A DNA stretch of 64,000 nucleotides from Laetmonice hystrix (taxonomy: Eukaryota), in assembly GCA_965235115.1 (NCBI GenBank), contig OZ249442.1:18662001-18726000 (forward strand), written 5' to 3'. The position numbers were made by a program, and so were the translations under genes. The stretch's first letter is position 1. The number at the start of each line of letters is the position of its first letter. The notes beneath the pieces are model-generated. The model saw nothing but the letters and a program-made list of their open reading frames with translations. It was not told where the DNA came from and ran no database searches. Of the stretch, positions 26,582 to 40,892 are shown one piece after another.

Positions 26582-26659
26582 CTCTGCCATGACACATGCA
26601 AATAAATGTCACGATGCGAGTCTCATTGGCTTAAACTTGTGGCATCTGTCATGGCAGAG
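26582..26659. repeat. 18-bp inverted repeat with a 42-nt spacer
   Basis: CTCTGCCATGACACATGC (26582-26599) and GCATCTGTCATGGCAGAG (26642-26659) pair at 17 of 18 positions. Confidence 0.9.
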
Positions 26660-29423
26660 CCCAGAGTGTAGCTCCTGACAAGGGTGTGATTTATCTCCTA
26701 CGTGTAACTTCACCAGCCAGCCAGCGCACCAGCCAACAATCACAGATATTGTTTCATTTGGTGCAACCCCAGGTCATCAAATCAGCATCAGTTTCTTGTG
26801 TGCTTTGTGCTGAGGCTTTTTGCTGGGGAGCGCCTGAGTGAGCCGGGCAAATAGATATATCTGAAATTCTATAGTTGTTGGTGTGCAAATTGTTTCATTG
26901 TGGCCAGCAGACCATCCTCTGACAGCTTCTCGACGTGCTCCTGATGAGCATCTGAATGGCGGACCTCGGACAATTGCAAGAATATTTTACCCTGCCAAGT
27001 GGACAAGTCTGTGACCATTAATGACTTTGGTAACATAATATTTGCACAAATTTTTGATGTTCGTCCATCGAGTTGTAGCCTGACAAAACACAGAAAACAG
27101 CAATCACGTTTCTTATGCAATTCATAAAAAAAACATTGGTGCCACCAGAGGTGCCTTGGTGCCTTTATGTGGCCCTGCATAGTAAGGCCTCACTGACTCT
27201 GTGGCCTTACTCTGTTTGAAAAGGAGATGATTTCTATCGACCAGTCGCAATCCCAGTCTTCATTATGTATTGAAATTAAGCACTTTTAATTTCAGACCAT
27301 AATTCCGTAAAACCCTATGGAAATTATGGGATTCTGTGAGGATGCATTTTAAAAAACCACCAAATCGGCTTGTCAACATCAAGAATCGGGGAATTTGTGA
27401 GCACGGCTAGAGAGCGCCATGAATCGGCCCATGTCAGTGGCACTCACAAGTGTCCAGTGAGCCCACTTGTAATTATCAGAGACAAACCATGCACCCCGGC
27501 AATCTTTATTATCGGTATGCAGCCTTCCTTGGCGATCAGGGTGCATTATCTCCTTGTCATGGATCACCCGTCGGCCGGTGGGGCCGCGCCGGGCTGGCTG
27601 CAGGTTGGGTGGCCGTCCGCCCAGTCCAGTCAGGGTTGTCCCACGGGGGCTGTGCAACACTAATTCACTTTAATCATCAATAATTATGCTTCTTGGCTGT
27701 TCTGCGGCTGCTGCATGGGCCACACAGTCAACCATCTCACTTCTGAACATCCGTGGGCTAGAACTTTGCTTTAATTTCTCCAATTCTTTCATATTTCCAA
27801 ATTGCTGACATTTGGTAAATGATCTATCGGACAGGCAAAATGGGCCCGGTTGACAGAAAGACGGGGGATAAAGAATGCTGTTCGCCTTGGGTCAGAGTAT
27901 CTCTGACGTTTAGCGATAATAATAGGTCCCCACAATGCATTTGTAAGGCCCATCTGATGGTTGCTGCTGGACATTCCATAGACTTGCAGTGGAAATGGAC
28001 ATGTGCCAAATTCGTGCAAGTCCAAAGAAATTATGGCCATAAAGGCAGCTGACAAGACATTTGGAGCCATATTGGCCCCATTGTCCGAATGCTGAATAAA
28101 TTTCTTAACACCAGTTTTGAGCATGCGCTCTGTAGAAAGTATTTTCTGATTGATTACTTTGCTGCATATAGAGATAAACCTGATACACACCCAGTTATTT
28201 TGGTGCAGTGATTTTGAGAAATCTATTTCGGACATGATTAGTTTTAACAGTAATATAACTGGTTTTAAAAGGTCATGCCATTGATTCTTCATGAAGGTCA
28301 TCAGAGGGATATGCAGTTTGAAATGATGATGATTAAGATGTCAATTTGACAAAGCATAGAAACCTTAGTATTATATGTCATGTAAGATGACAACATTTAG
28401 GTCCACTCAATATCCGCAGTACATCGATTCCACTTATAATGTGAGTATAACCCTTTATGTCAGTATTCTAATAGGTGTTCCCAATCTTCAGAAAGTTTAT
28501 AAATAAATGTGACATGACTAATTAGAAAAAAAATGGAATGGTCCACCACACCTTGCTAAAAGTTGGCCATGACAGAGTATGTAAAGCGAACACAAAGTGT
28601 GGTGCATGACAACACCGGCCTAAAAGATCCAATCAGCAAAATACACATTTGTGTACCAAGTGGGATCCCGCTGGGCCTATGGGAGAGGCATTGGTGAGAA
28701 AATGATCCTGCACTCTTTGCTCTCAGTCCACATGCCATCGCTGCCGATCCGTCTGCAGCTGCCGCCCGAGTCGCTACTCTCACTGAGATACCTTCATCCA
28801 GCCCATTATATCCAACCTTTACCTCTGCTAACACATATGTAATTGATCTGCTATTATCTGAATTGCATCTGGAAAAATCAGCGCCGCATATTTACATCAA
28901 TAATGTATTGGGGGGGGGGGGGAGGCAAGTATTAGATCCAAATCTAAACCGGAGGGCGGCAATGGTGCTGACTTCCATCGCGCACCCGGTACATATAACC
29001 TAATTAGTAGCAATGATCAAAGAGTGGCGGCTGTTCCCAAATGGAATCAGTGAAACGGCACCAGCAGGTGTCATAGCTTCAACCCGGTGTATATGACCTA
29101 TTAAAGAAAGTCCCAATTAGCTAGTATCACTTTTAAATCAGTGCTTTAACTGCTTCAACTTTGATACGCTTCATTTTACGACAAACCCACCTTTACCACA
29201 GATGTCGCTTTCAAGAGTGGCATAGAGATACTTCATTTGTAAAATTCGTCAAATCTGCTGCTGGCAGAATGTTAATTTCATGTTAACGAATATTCCCGTA
29301 CTGATCAGGATGGACCATGAAAACCTTTATCCGAGTTTCAATTCACCATCATACGTGAATTGTAGTAAGAGAGCGAGCGATTATTTTTCATGAGCATTAC
29401 AGACTTAATGTAACATTTGTGTT

Positions 29424-29587
29424 CAGTGGCGTAATTACAAAATCATTAAGGGGGCGAGGCAGGTATTTGATAATAGGCAAGCCTAACAGGAAAGGCAGCA
29501 CTGGGTTAAGATCGTCAATTTTAACCCTATCATTGGGAACCTCAAGTAGGAGGAGGGCCCAGTGTCACCCCCACTTAATCTGCTATG
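29424..29587. mobile_element. Degenerate MITE (CAGTGGCGTA-type terminus)
   Basis: Begins CAGTGGCGTAATTAC, has a GGGGGC/CCCCC-rich interior typical of such MITEs, and ends TTAATCTGCTATG. The TIRs are only loosely matched. Confidence 0.3.
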
Positions 29588-31898
29588 TATAGTTTTTATG
29601 TTAAGTTTGAAATGTCCTACTGTCTACTAGTATATCTGGTAGGAATGAACGACCCGAAACTTGAAAATAGTGGATGGGTCAGGGAGTTACAAGTATTGGA
29701 CCAAGCTGTGTGCCAGCGCATGCAACGTTACTGATTGGTATTGGCGCTGAGATACTGTGCGAACAATGCTATATTTAACTTAGTCGATGACGTGATTTTG
29801 TACCAATGACAGATCATAAACTGATGGTGTGATAACCAATCCGGAAATTTCATACAGGCGCTTTTGGTGTGATCTAAAATCAAATGATCACAGCAGTAGC
29901 AATGGAGCTATCTGATTCGTTGCTAAATGTGGGTCGATGATGACGGAAATTTGACCCAAATACAAGTTTCTGGCGGACGCGAAACCAGCGCCAACCACCA
30001 CAGTCAACGTGGTGTTGGAAGCTGTACACCGCCCAAACCTAAACAGTCGGGGTTTGTCCTGAGGACTTCTTATAGTACGGCTGTCTCTTCTCAAACATCC
30101 TATCATAGAGCTGTGGGATTTTAAACTTTAGGTTCAACCCCCCCCCCCCCCCCCATGGTGTGCTATTTGCGCATATAACAAAAACTCCTGGTACAATCTA
30201 GGAAGAAAAATAGTCTTGATAACCGAATAAAGGAGAGAAAAAATACTGTTTTACATGCCAAATGAATAGATACATTACGGGGAAGAAGGTTTCACTGTCG
30301 GCTCTCACTGATAAATTATTCACGTTGAGCGGACATGTACGGCCTTTTCAAATACTGTCAGGTAGAAATTAGATCTTGTGTCATTTGTATTCAAGCCAGC
30401 TTGGCTTTGATTGGATAGTCGCTGTACCTCAAAGACCAGCATTTACTCAAAGGTACGCAATGCACTGACGTGAGAAAGAGCGCTGGACTGTGGATTGCAC
30501 CTCCACCAACTGACCAATCAGCAGTCTACATAAGGATTCGTCAATCTAATTATAAAGGCAAGAAGAGTTACAGGGACAGTGGCAAATGACATGTCAATTC
30601 TGAAAAGGTAATACTTGCTGCTGAAACCTCAAAAGCAAAATCTAAAAAGCCGTATATGTTTGTCAGTGAGTCAAGAAAGTAAAATTACCAGTAGATGTAT
30701 ACCTTTTGTACAGTATGCCACCGTATCATGTGCCATTCAAAAATAAAGCCTCTGGGACAATTGTTGTTGCACAAAATGGGGTTTCAATTATCAAATCGTA
30801 TTGTGTGGGTATTACAATGCTCGCATTGTAACCATTACAAAAGGATTGAAATATAGAGAAATGTCTTTGAATTCTAACAGGATGTATTTCAGAGTTATAA
30901 GTATAGAAACATTAAACGAATACGGTAGGTCATTTGATAATCGTTGTAATTCTGTCTTACCTATACCAAAGTTTCAGGAAATAGAAATCTAAATCATGAA
31001 TACAATTTTTCTTCTGTGAAGAGCAGCATTTGAAAGAAACCATAATGGGAGTCTACTAAAAGCGGCTTTTTACTCTTTCTTTTTATATATTTAATTTTAT
31101 CATTATTAATTTTGTTATATTTAAGAAGGCTATCCATATACCAGTGTGATAGGTGCAATACATACACTAACGCAAGGCTGGTAGCATTGCAGAATAATGG
31201 TGGGGTCGAAATTAATGAGCAAGTCAGTGACAAGGTTTAAAATGATTCTTTGTTGTCTGTGCTACCTCTCAGGTGTCACAGCCATCTACAATAATATAAA
31301 TGGGCCGATATAAAAGCCAACCGGTGTGATTTTTTGAGATAATTTCATAGGGCAATTATGATCTTTACAATCCAGAGGTTTGGAAACTGCTTTAGAAAAC
31401 GGCAGTTCAAAGTTACATCTTTATGACACCAGCATCCGTTATCAAAAGGCAGGGTGAGAAACAGGTGACGGACCACTTAGTAAGGATAAAGGTAGGTGGT
31501 TAACAAATGACACCAGCATAATGCCTCGCTGCTCTGTTCAGTTTGAGATACAGGTACTGACCCAGTTCATGAGCTGCTCATGAAACCGGGGCCAGAATAT
31601 TCCGGACGGAATTTTATTTTAAAACGCCCTGGTATACTGACAGACAGGGGGACAGACAGTCCGGTGTGATTACTCTCTTGCCTTGTTAGGGACTTAATAT
31701 TGGACAATCTGGGGGTGTCTGGTGTTGTATTAGTGCCGGTGATAGGGAGGGGGTTCTAAGGATTACAAAAAAGTATATTTTGTCGTATATAAACACGAAC
31801 AGTTTATTCGGGTGGTTATTGAGGTGGCGTATGTTAAGGGGGAAACCAAGGCAATTACGGATTTTAAGAGGAGAGTATGACCTATCATGACCTGTGTT

Positions 31899-32089
31899 GA
31901 GTAGCGGCGGAACAGATAATATATTGGGGGGGGGGGCATTTTGCTTGAGGTAAAATGGGGGCATACAAAATCTACGAAAGCCATAGGATTATTGGGGGAG
32001 CCAGCCCCCCCCCCCCCAATAAAATTATTGGGATGGGGTACAGTGCCCCCTGCCCCCCACCCCTACCCACCCCACTTCCGCCGCCTATG
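31899..32089. mobile_element. MITE with GCGGCGGAA / TTCCGCCGC termini and poly-G/poly-C interior
   Basis: GAGTAGCGGCGGAAC at the left and CTTCCGCCGCCTATG at the right share an inverted 9-bp core. Interior ATTGGGGG../CCCCCCAAT segments are also mutually inverted. Confidence 0.65.
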
Positions 32090-33589
32090 TCTAGAGGTAG
32101 CCAATCTTACAGATTTGAAAAAAATCGTTTGAATCTTTCAGATATAAACTTAGTGTATTGATCATATAAAAGAGACCATGTCTGTCAAGGAGGACACCAG
32201 AGACCTCTTTCATACCGATATGAGTTGCCTTGACGTATGTACACAAACATGTTGATTTCTGGCGGTCTGAAGCGGCCATTTGCGTCCTATTAACCGTCCC
32301 TCAAAGTTAGCAAGGATGGCTTGGTCTCCGGTTTGGTACACCGTACTCAGGTCATTGCTGGAGGTAGGATGGCAACCCTGGCAACAGTGGGCACGATTCT
32401 CCACGTTAGAGGTCAACTCATTATGGAAACTCTGCCACCGAGCAGGCCGCAACGAATTGCATGTTTGACTTGTCTTGTGTCGAAGTGACTTGGCACATTT
32501 TGCTCTTGTTTACTCATGCTAGCAACGTGTTCCAATTATCCTCAGATTCTTCTTCATTCGGTATAATAGGGGATGATTATTCAATAATTATAGGTACGTC
32601 TGCAAATGCCACAAGAACATGCTGTTGTTAGCACAAATTCTTGAAGAGCTACATTTGAGAAATAATTTAGAAGCTTTAGCCGGGACAACTATTATCACTT
32701 TTTTCATTATAAAAATTTGTTTCTTCCATAAGATATGGATCATCTCTTTACGTATACATCCATTATAACTACTTTCCACTTTTAAACAATAATGAGTATT
32801 GACAGCCAGGCCGAGAGAGAGCTGGCTGGAGTTTAAACTTTCACCAAGACTGCGTGGGACATCTATTACCGACTTAACTAATGATTTGGTAGCCCCCCCC
32901 GGCCTCTTACTCTAACCTTGGCTGACTTTGTCTAGTCTCAACCTAATTTTCCGTGAACCATTTCTAAAGTGTGCTACATAATTGTATGGTAGACATCAAT
33001 AGACCGGAGAAGACCAAAGTCAAGAGTTTCTCCCTGATGTGGAGGAAGGGTGTACTTTACATAGACCGTGACAGCTCGTAGAGAAAAACAATGTTGTGAC
33101 AGATGATCTGTCATAATACGATCATGCCACAGGTGTTTGGTATTGTAATTATAACACCTGATATTTAGTTGCGCTTGTCAGCCAGGTGGAAAATGACATA
33201 AAAACGGAGGCACACAAGTGCAACTTTAGATGTATAAGATAATGGAATATACAAGTAGCAATTGCGTTTTAGTATTTGAAGTATTATGAAATCCATGGAA
33301 TTGTGATGAGCTATAAATTACCCAGGTCCTCGTCTAAACATTCCATAATTGAATCCAATAAAGAAGCACACACTCTTTGTAAATAGTGGTCCGGGTCCGG
33401 TTGTTATAAATATTGAAAAAAATCACATTTGTAAAGAACTCCGAAATGGTATTCCTGCATGTATATGAAAGATCCACTAAGGTCTTTCAAAACATTGGCA
33501 CACATTTCGGTATGGCAATGACTGGCTATCTAATGGTGCTGGCTGTGAGCAGGGAAAGACCGTAACACTGATCGATAATACATTATTAT

Positions 33590-33817
33590 ATAAAGGGTGA
33601 CCCAGCCAAATTCAGAATGCCAGTTTACATAGTACTTCTAACTACTATTCATAATAATTAATTTCAATCCTTTTTTATACACAGGTACATATGTGTGCAC
33701 ACATTTACCACACAGGAGCGTTCGTTTACGACATTCGTAATCCGTTTGCTCCCCGAAATTTATTAGGTAAAAAATCATAAAATATTTCATCCTGAATTTT
33801 GCTGGGTCACCCTTTAC
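33590..33817. mobile_element. Kolobok-type MITE (29-bp inverted repeats, degenerate TTAA TSD)
   Basis: TAAAGGGTGACCCAGCCAAATTCAGAATG (from 33591) versus the reverse complement of CATCCTGAATTTTGCTGGGTCACCCTTTA (33788-33816): 2 mismatches. Flanks ATAA and TTAC each differ from TTAA by one base. Confidence 0.85.
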
Positions 33818-33999
33818 CACTATGATTAGCTGTGGTTGTCAAATTAACGGTTATCTATGATATCTATAATAAACTGCAGATTTTTCTATGGAAATGTTTC
33901 TAAATGTTTCAAGCCTATGAGTGCTCTTTGTCAAAATGGCTCTACATACGGTACATTCCATGCCACTGAGAGTGTGTGGTCATTTTAAAAAAAGGCACT

Positions 34000-34283
34000 T
34001 TAAAGGAGCACAATTAGAACAATCGCACTTTAGAGCGGTTTTCAATCTTTTGTGATGCATTCTATAGTTAAATGCAAAACATACAAAATTTTGATCAAAA
34101 CTGTTGTCTTTGCCGAGAAATGGTCACGCCCCCTCTATAGTGCGTAACTACTGAATTTCAGTGTACACTTTAGGGGGTGCATGTGGCTTGATTATAGGCC
34201 AATCAATGCTATCTTCAGGGTAAAGGTATTTGTGTTGGACCTTTTTACGCTATCTTAAAAGAAAAAAGACTGTGCCCCTTTAA
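34000..34283. mobile_element. Kolobok-type MITE with intact TTAA TSD
   Basis: TTAA|AGGAGCACAAT ... ACTGTGCCCCT|TTAA. The 11-bp TIR has 2 mismatches, termini are AG..CT, and TTAA flanks both sides. Confidence 0.75.
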
Positions 34284-36229
34284 AATGTCATAGTCGTCGT
34301 CGTCGTAGACAAGTCATAGGTGCCCTTCACAAAAAGAACCCTTCAAACATGCCGTAACCAGGGTTTCCTGTAGGGCCATTTTTTCAGTTTTCAGGCTGCA
34401 TTCTTTTCAAAAACGTACGCCTAAGCTACCACCCCAATGTCCGTCGACCCTTTGGTTCGTTCAGGGGAAATGCTTGACCATCACTGATTCTTCTGTTGAT
34501 AGGAATTAAACTTGTCACCTTCGACATTTTCTACTCAACCTTCAAACCATCTTTTATCTTTCTCCTTTCGCACTTGATTGTGTTAGAAAAGTTAAAGGGA
34601 GTAGAGTAGATGTCTTGACCTTTTTAACCCTTTGCCCCCCTCCAAATAAATGCATAACCGTCGTTTGTTTGTCGGCTCATGACCTATCAGTCACCTTTCC
34701 CCAAAGAACTGTTTAATAGGCCCTCGTACTTTTTGTTTTCCACTTCCTCAGATCGTCCCGGATCCATGTCTTTTGATCATGCCAGGACAAATCCTTGAAA
34801 TAGAGTCTTTCATTCAACCTTTTGTGTTACCTTTATTGCTAAACTTTGTTTGCAGGGTCGTTTTCAAGGTTGACTTGCTCTGTCCAACTGAACTCTGTAG
34901 GACTTGATGGAAATCTGCTCAATTAAATTAACCAGGATCCAGAGCACTATATGGAGGTGGTATGACAGGCTGTGGCCTCAACTGTCCCCGCTACGGGATA
35001 GGGTGCAATTATGTAGAGTATTAAAGCAGGTACCCTTGACTGCCACCCATTTGCATTTCGTGATCTAGTTCCTCAGTGTGAGAATTTCTTCTGGAGGTCG
35101 TATACTTAACCCTGTGTTTAACCGACACTTGATACGAGGGAAACAGGCTGCAGTGGAAATGGGGATAATTACATCAAGTGGTGTGGCAAGTCTGTATTCA
35201 ATCTGAATGTATGCCTGAAGAAATTATGGTGGGGAAAAATTAATGACCCAGGTGGGTTTGGAAGACAGTCTGGTTTGTGTGGGTGACACCACCAAGGGGG
35301 GCAAGTCTGATCTATCTCTTTGTGTGGAGGCATTCAGTGGCCGTGCACAGAGCCATTGTTCACATCGGCCCTCAGTGTCCCCGCAATGTAGGTGCGATAC
35401 CTGTGCTAGTTTCCAATGAAAGCAACAACAAGCTTATTACCCCCATAGACATCAACTCATGCATATCACACATGACCTGTTAGGCAATAAATTGAACGTG
35501 TTTCTATTAAATATGAGGGACTTTTATGAAAAATGTATATCACCATAGTGTCTCTTTATCATCAGCTCATTTGATGTGATGATTTGAAGTTTGTAGAACC
35601 GTTGACAGAACTTTGTTTTAGGGTATAGGTGTGCAGGTGCAAGGAAGGACAATAATTAGTAGACCTACGCACTGAAAGGTGTGCCCCCTTGTCTGTGACT
35701 TCAGACCGTCATCAATGGAGACATTGTGTAAATCCAGGTCACCATAATGACATTTTATGACACCACATTGAGCAAGGTGAATGAATGTCATTTTAGCACC
35801 AATGAGCAATTTGACTGAGATCGCTGTCAGGCCGTGAGCTACATCAACCTTCAAAACAAAACCTCAGGGGAGTTAGCCCTAACCAAGAGACGACAGCACC
35901 ACTTGCACCCACCCTTGTCCCCAAAAAGGACACGTCATTATTTTATATGGCTTTGGTGGTATATAACAAACGTTATTGTGGCCTGGCATGACAAGTATGC
36001 AATAATTCCACGACGGTAAATGCTCTAATTGGTCTAACGAGGCAAGCATGTCAGGCCTGAGTGGTCATGCATGCCTATAGTTTCACACTATTCAGGTGCT
36101 TGCATTCTTTCAGCATGCAGTACTATTCAAATTAAGATGTTGGTGGTTGGATGGGTGCTGGGTCACACGTATTTCCTACTGTTAATTAGCAACACAAATG
36201 TTCCTCCCGATTTGGTCGAAGTAAAGGCA

Positions 36230-36400
36230 ATGCCAGGTTTTCTTGCATGCATCTGGCTTGATGCCCTGAGTGGTGAATAGCTTGTTCCATGCAAGAATGC
36301 TTATCTGGTATGTGTCTAGTGGAGAATTCTGAGTATATACCAGACACCAATACTGGCACGTGTGTATGTGTGAAACTAAAACCAGTTATTACAGTTCTAG
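36230..36400 (-). mobile_element. Possible decayed CR1/L2-type LINE 3' tail
   Basis: YTR (~36358-36366), then TYQISILAWNKL (36278-36313), resemble TRxxH..YxxSFFPRTIxxWNxLP with a short deletion. Confidence 0.3.
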
Positions 36401-36920
36401 ACTGCAACAAAAACATAGAATATAAAGATGCTACCTCCAAGTTGTAAAAACGTTGCGTGCTGTAGCCGTGATCACAAACAGAGCAAGCGGTTTGTGTTTT
36501 CTAGATATCGCCGTTTCCAATACCAGCTGTCTGGGTGCGAGTGTTAAAGATCTTACCCGTTACAGATGAAAGTAAATGTCACCATTGAAACTCGCAAACC
36601 CAGGAAACGTTCAGTGAGGGCAGATATATCTCATTTTCTTGAAACTCAAAGCCCAAGGGAGAAGTCATATATAATGTCCGAAGTGCCCTCGAGGAAATGG
36701 TTCTCTTTGAACCCACACCCGCATCAACTCTCAAATGAATACGTGTGAGCCACTGACACCTGCCTGGATCCCTTACTGTCGATGTTGTGTTTATAAAGTA
36801 AGTTTTAATATTCAAAAGACTGCTTGCTATTCTTGATAATATAAGTGGGCCAAAAAACAAAAACAAATACGTTGCTTTATTTCTGAGTCGCCGGTGTTTC
36901 TTTAATTACTGGATCTATAA

Positions 36921-37082
36921 CAGGGTTTCCTGGTGGATTTCGCTTTTGGGGGAAATCTACGGAGAGGTCTTTTTCAAAAAAAGGTACAGCCAGAAATTTT
37001 TGGGGAGTAACTGATTTTTGGGGGGTAATTTCCCCTCGCCCTCCCCCGAAAAAAACAACAACATAGGCCTCCAGAAACCCTG
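36921..37082. mobile_element. MITE with CAGGGTTTC(C)TGG TIRs
   Basis: CAGGGTTTCCTGG at 36921 and CCAGAAACCCTG ending 37082 are inverted repeats with one indel. The interior has GGGGG/CCCC tracts. Confidence 0.75.
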
Positions 37083-40000
37083 TATGAGAAACGATACACT
37101 TAGTGGAATATCATAAGGATGTAGAGGATCTCAGACACTGCCTTTTCCCCGACAAGCAATGATAGAAGTTTCTTTAATGTTACCATTTCCCCCCTCCACT
37201 AAATGATTAATCGTCATCTGTTTAAAAAAAAGTCTTCCAGTTGACACGGTGAGTCAGGCTGAGCGGGTTCTAATAGTGGTGATACTGCGGTTCCATGTTA
37301 CACATGTCGTCATCACATGTTTTATCTTGGTAGCAATGTCAGGGCTCCGTGTAGGAGTGAGTGGGGGGTGCGCGGCGCCCCTGATTGATGTTCAGTGGAC
37401 CTGTCGAAGACAACCGTGTTACGCATCAGCCTCCCGTAATGCCCCGTGGTTCCGCCAAGACAAAGGGACCTGCAATGTGTGCTGATTGCTGACCCTTGTA
37501 GCCTCTCATTTGCATGCTTCATCGCCTTATCGCTCCTAAGGCAAAAAAAAGCTCAGCACGTTTATATGGCAAACAGTGTATAATCAAACGTACCAGATTA
37601 CTCTTCATGATAATGGTAATTAGCGTGACAGAATGAGCAGGTTTTTTTGCTCGATGTGGTGATACTCTGCCTTTTGTCTTGAGGGAGAGTTGGATGCTAT
37701 ATTACACCAAGCAGCTGGATGGGGTAAGTGGGGGGTGGGGGTGGGAGGGGGATTATACGCGCACTGATCCAAAGGTGTGAGGGCGGTGACCATTGAGTTG
37801 GGGGTATGGGTGATGAAACAGGCCACCCATACACGTTCAGGACACTTTTACTCTATTTAATATTATTCCTGGGTGTAGTTTAGTGTACCGTAGGTGATAG
37901 CAGGTTGTTAGAAATGGTTTTCCTGTGTTTAAATCTTTGTGCTCAGCATGTTCATGTTACTGGGAAAGGTACTCTCATTAAGTTTAGTGATATTAATTAC
38001 TTGTTAGTTGTCAAAGATGAAATGAGAAAATGGAGAAATCGGATCAAAGAAACTCTGACGAAAAAGGAACAATTGAAACATGAAATCATGAAATATTGAT
38101 ATGCTTATAACAGGAAACGTTAATGCAGTTATGGACGGAATTTTACAATAACGCAGGCCAGTTCTGGGTATCATAAAAATTAGTTCCCTTCAGAATAGGG
38201 TGTACGTGTATCCTTGGTATGAAATGACAACTTGGTCAGCTTTCCTACCTCATTGACCTCTCCAAAGTTTTCCTTTTTGTTGCGTCTATTAAATAACCAC
38301 AAAAAGACAGACAGCAAAGTATTTAAATAATGATAATCTGATCACTGATTCCATGATTATTGACCAAAGAAACAAAAAAGTCAACGTCATCAACCAAAGA
38401 AAATTGAATCAACTGCGGAATTTCTAATATCACTTTAATTGTGAACCATTACCGCTTATGGGAAGACATGCGGCACGAACTTATCGGTGAGACTCAATAG
38501 ATCTATTTGTTATGGTGGTTTTATATACTATCTCCCGTATGATTGGAATGGAGAAGTTGGAATGTAGATGTGGAAGTTTGTTCGTTGGATCCGACTTGAT
38601 CGAGGGGCCATACCCCTATTTATTAGTTGTGTTATACAGTAGTGAACTTCACTGGAACCGTCGATGCGAAAAGTTGAAAATGGACAATCGTACTTCTAAG
38701 ATTACCGGAGGCACTAGCTAGGAATACAAAGGGTATAGAGCGTTAATAGAGCCGAGGTTCATTGCGGTGCAGATAGAGAACATGAGAGGGAATGGTCGGC
38801 TAAGTCTCACCCAAGTTCTCCGCGTGATCCATGACTCTCCTCTTCAGGTTGCCACCCCGAGATCATCTGAACCTGATATGAGATCTGTGAGCGTGGCACA
38901 AAGGCAGTTAGTGACGACTGTCATTAGACTGTGTATAGCACCAATGACGACGGTAGTTAGCCGTGGTTGGGGCGGTGGCAGGGGTGGGGTGTATCAGGAA
39001 GGCAGCGGTTGCTTCCATTTGAAATGATGATCAAGGATGGCTGCCAACCTTGCAGCCGCTGCAGACCCTGACACGAGTGGGCCGGGCCATGAGCGTGTTG
39101 CTTTACAAAGGTAGAACATGTGCCTTAGGCATCTGGTGTCATACCAGTGTTCCAGCGTTACTCCACCAGCCTTTTTGGCCGGCATAGGCTCGTTCAATCC
39201 CGCGATAGTCATTGTAAACTTGCACATTCTTGTTGACTCTAATTGTTCCTCAGGTATCTTTGTATTGAAACTTTTCTGAGTCAGTTTTTTTAGTGTAATT
39301 TTAGGTATTTGAATAAAAAAGGTTTTATCACTTCAGAAGTATCGTAAGTCAAAGATGATAATAATATATGTATCAGGTCAGATCATTATAAGATAGCGGC
39401 AACTTTTGAAAATATCGATGGTTTAAGTGAACTGATACTTCTACAAAAGTTTAAAATCATAATATAAAAGGACAGTATTTTTGTTTAGGTTGAAATATGA
39501 CAGAAATGAATATTGCAAAGGTATGCTACATGAGTTATGTGAATACAAGCTCATATATATACACGAATCTAGGTACAGCTTGCTACAAAAAAATAAATGG
39601 ATTATTAAGTGCATGAACCGCCGGCACTGTCCCCATCTAAGTACAAACATGTTTTGTTTTCGTGAAAACAGGATTGACCAACGTAGAACTCGGTACACGT
39701 TTATTGCATAAGTATTGGTTTGTGTGTTGTGGCCTGCGGGTCAGCTGTGAAGTCTGATGTGTATCTATGCAACACCTCGTACCACACCAACAGTCCTCCC
39801 AAATGTTGGGAAACCAGGAATATTTCATACCACCGACATTGTTGTAGAAGTTGGGAAAGCTTACCTGTTGGCGCATTATTGTTCTTTCGGAAATTGTTTA
39901 GAGTAAACGTTTTACTCAGAATACATTTTTACAGTTTTTTGCCAGGATTTGTTATGCAGATGTGGTTCTGAGGTAGATATTCTTGGAAACTTTTTCATAT

Positions 40001-40346
40001 TCTATATTTTGCATTTCGTTTGGTAGCTGGCCCTATTGCATTGCTATAAAACGAAGGAAGTTATTAATCATTTGTAATGAATGTGAAGGAAACTGCAGCA
40101 AAGATGTGGGTTGATTGTTCCAATATGGTGTAACTTGGTTCCATTCGAAGCTATTCACGGGTTATATACATTGAAATGATTAATGCAGGCAAATTACATT
40201 GAATGGCCACAATGTAAGATGAGGGTGCAGGGAACCTAGACAGACATGTACAGCCAATAGTTACCACCGACATCGTACGATTTACTGTGTGTTTTTAGGT
40301 TGATATCCTGGTTAATGTTACCCTGTTTAAGTACCAGATAACAGAT

Positions 40347-40398
40347 CAGTATACAGTATACAGTATACATAGTATACAGTATACAGTATATCAGTATA
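40347..40398. repeat. (CAGTATA)n microsatellite, ~7 units
   Basis: Direct reading: CAGTATACAGTATACAGTATACATAGTATACAGTATACAGTATATCAGTATA. Confidence 0.95.
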
Positions 40399-40892
40399 AC
40401 AAACAAAACGTCATTGGAAGTACCTAATCACCAAGCCCAGCTGTTATCAAATCGGTCTATGAGACATAAATTGTCCTACGACATACTCGGTTACCACCTT
40501 GCTTGCCGCAGGCAATATTCAGTACAACTTCTGATGCCATTATATTTCTGCCTATGCCAGGCAAACAACCAGGATATATCACTGGTAACTAATATAAAAA
40601 AAACGCTGTTTTACATGAATGTGCCAAGTGTTACTAGCGGTGGAAGATATACAAATCCGTATGCAGTACATTCGGACCCAGCCCATAAAGACTCGCCTCA
40701 CTGTATTAAAAATACTAAAGTAACAACATATCGAATGGCCAATATTGAAAGTGTCTTTAGTAATATACCCACGGCGTAACAAAGAGTTTTCTAAGATACG
40801 AGGTACGTCTGATACTATATATATCTACTATATATTCACTGAAATGGAGAAATCTAATGAAATTCAACATTCCAGTTGCCTGTTTTCGCTAT

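Noticed and set aside
27789-28301. Longest ORF in the track (170 aa)
   Set aside because: No recognisable domain or splice context, with short ORFs overlapping on both strands; consistent with chance.
30351-30364. 14-nt match to miR-8 (AATACTGTCAGGTA)
   Set aside because: The first base and 3' end differ, and there is no complementary arm on either side.
38512-38721. LECRCGSLFVGS as a GIY-YIG remnant
   Set aside because: A single motif with no supporting neighbours.
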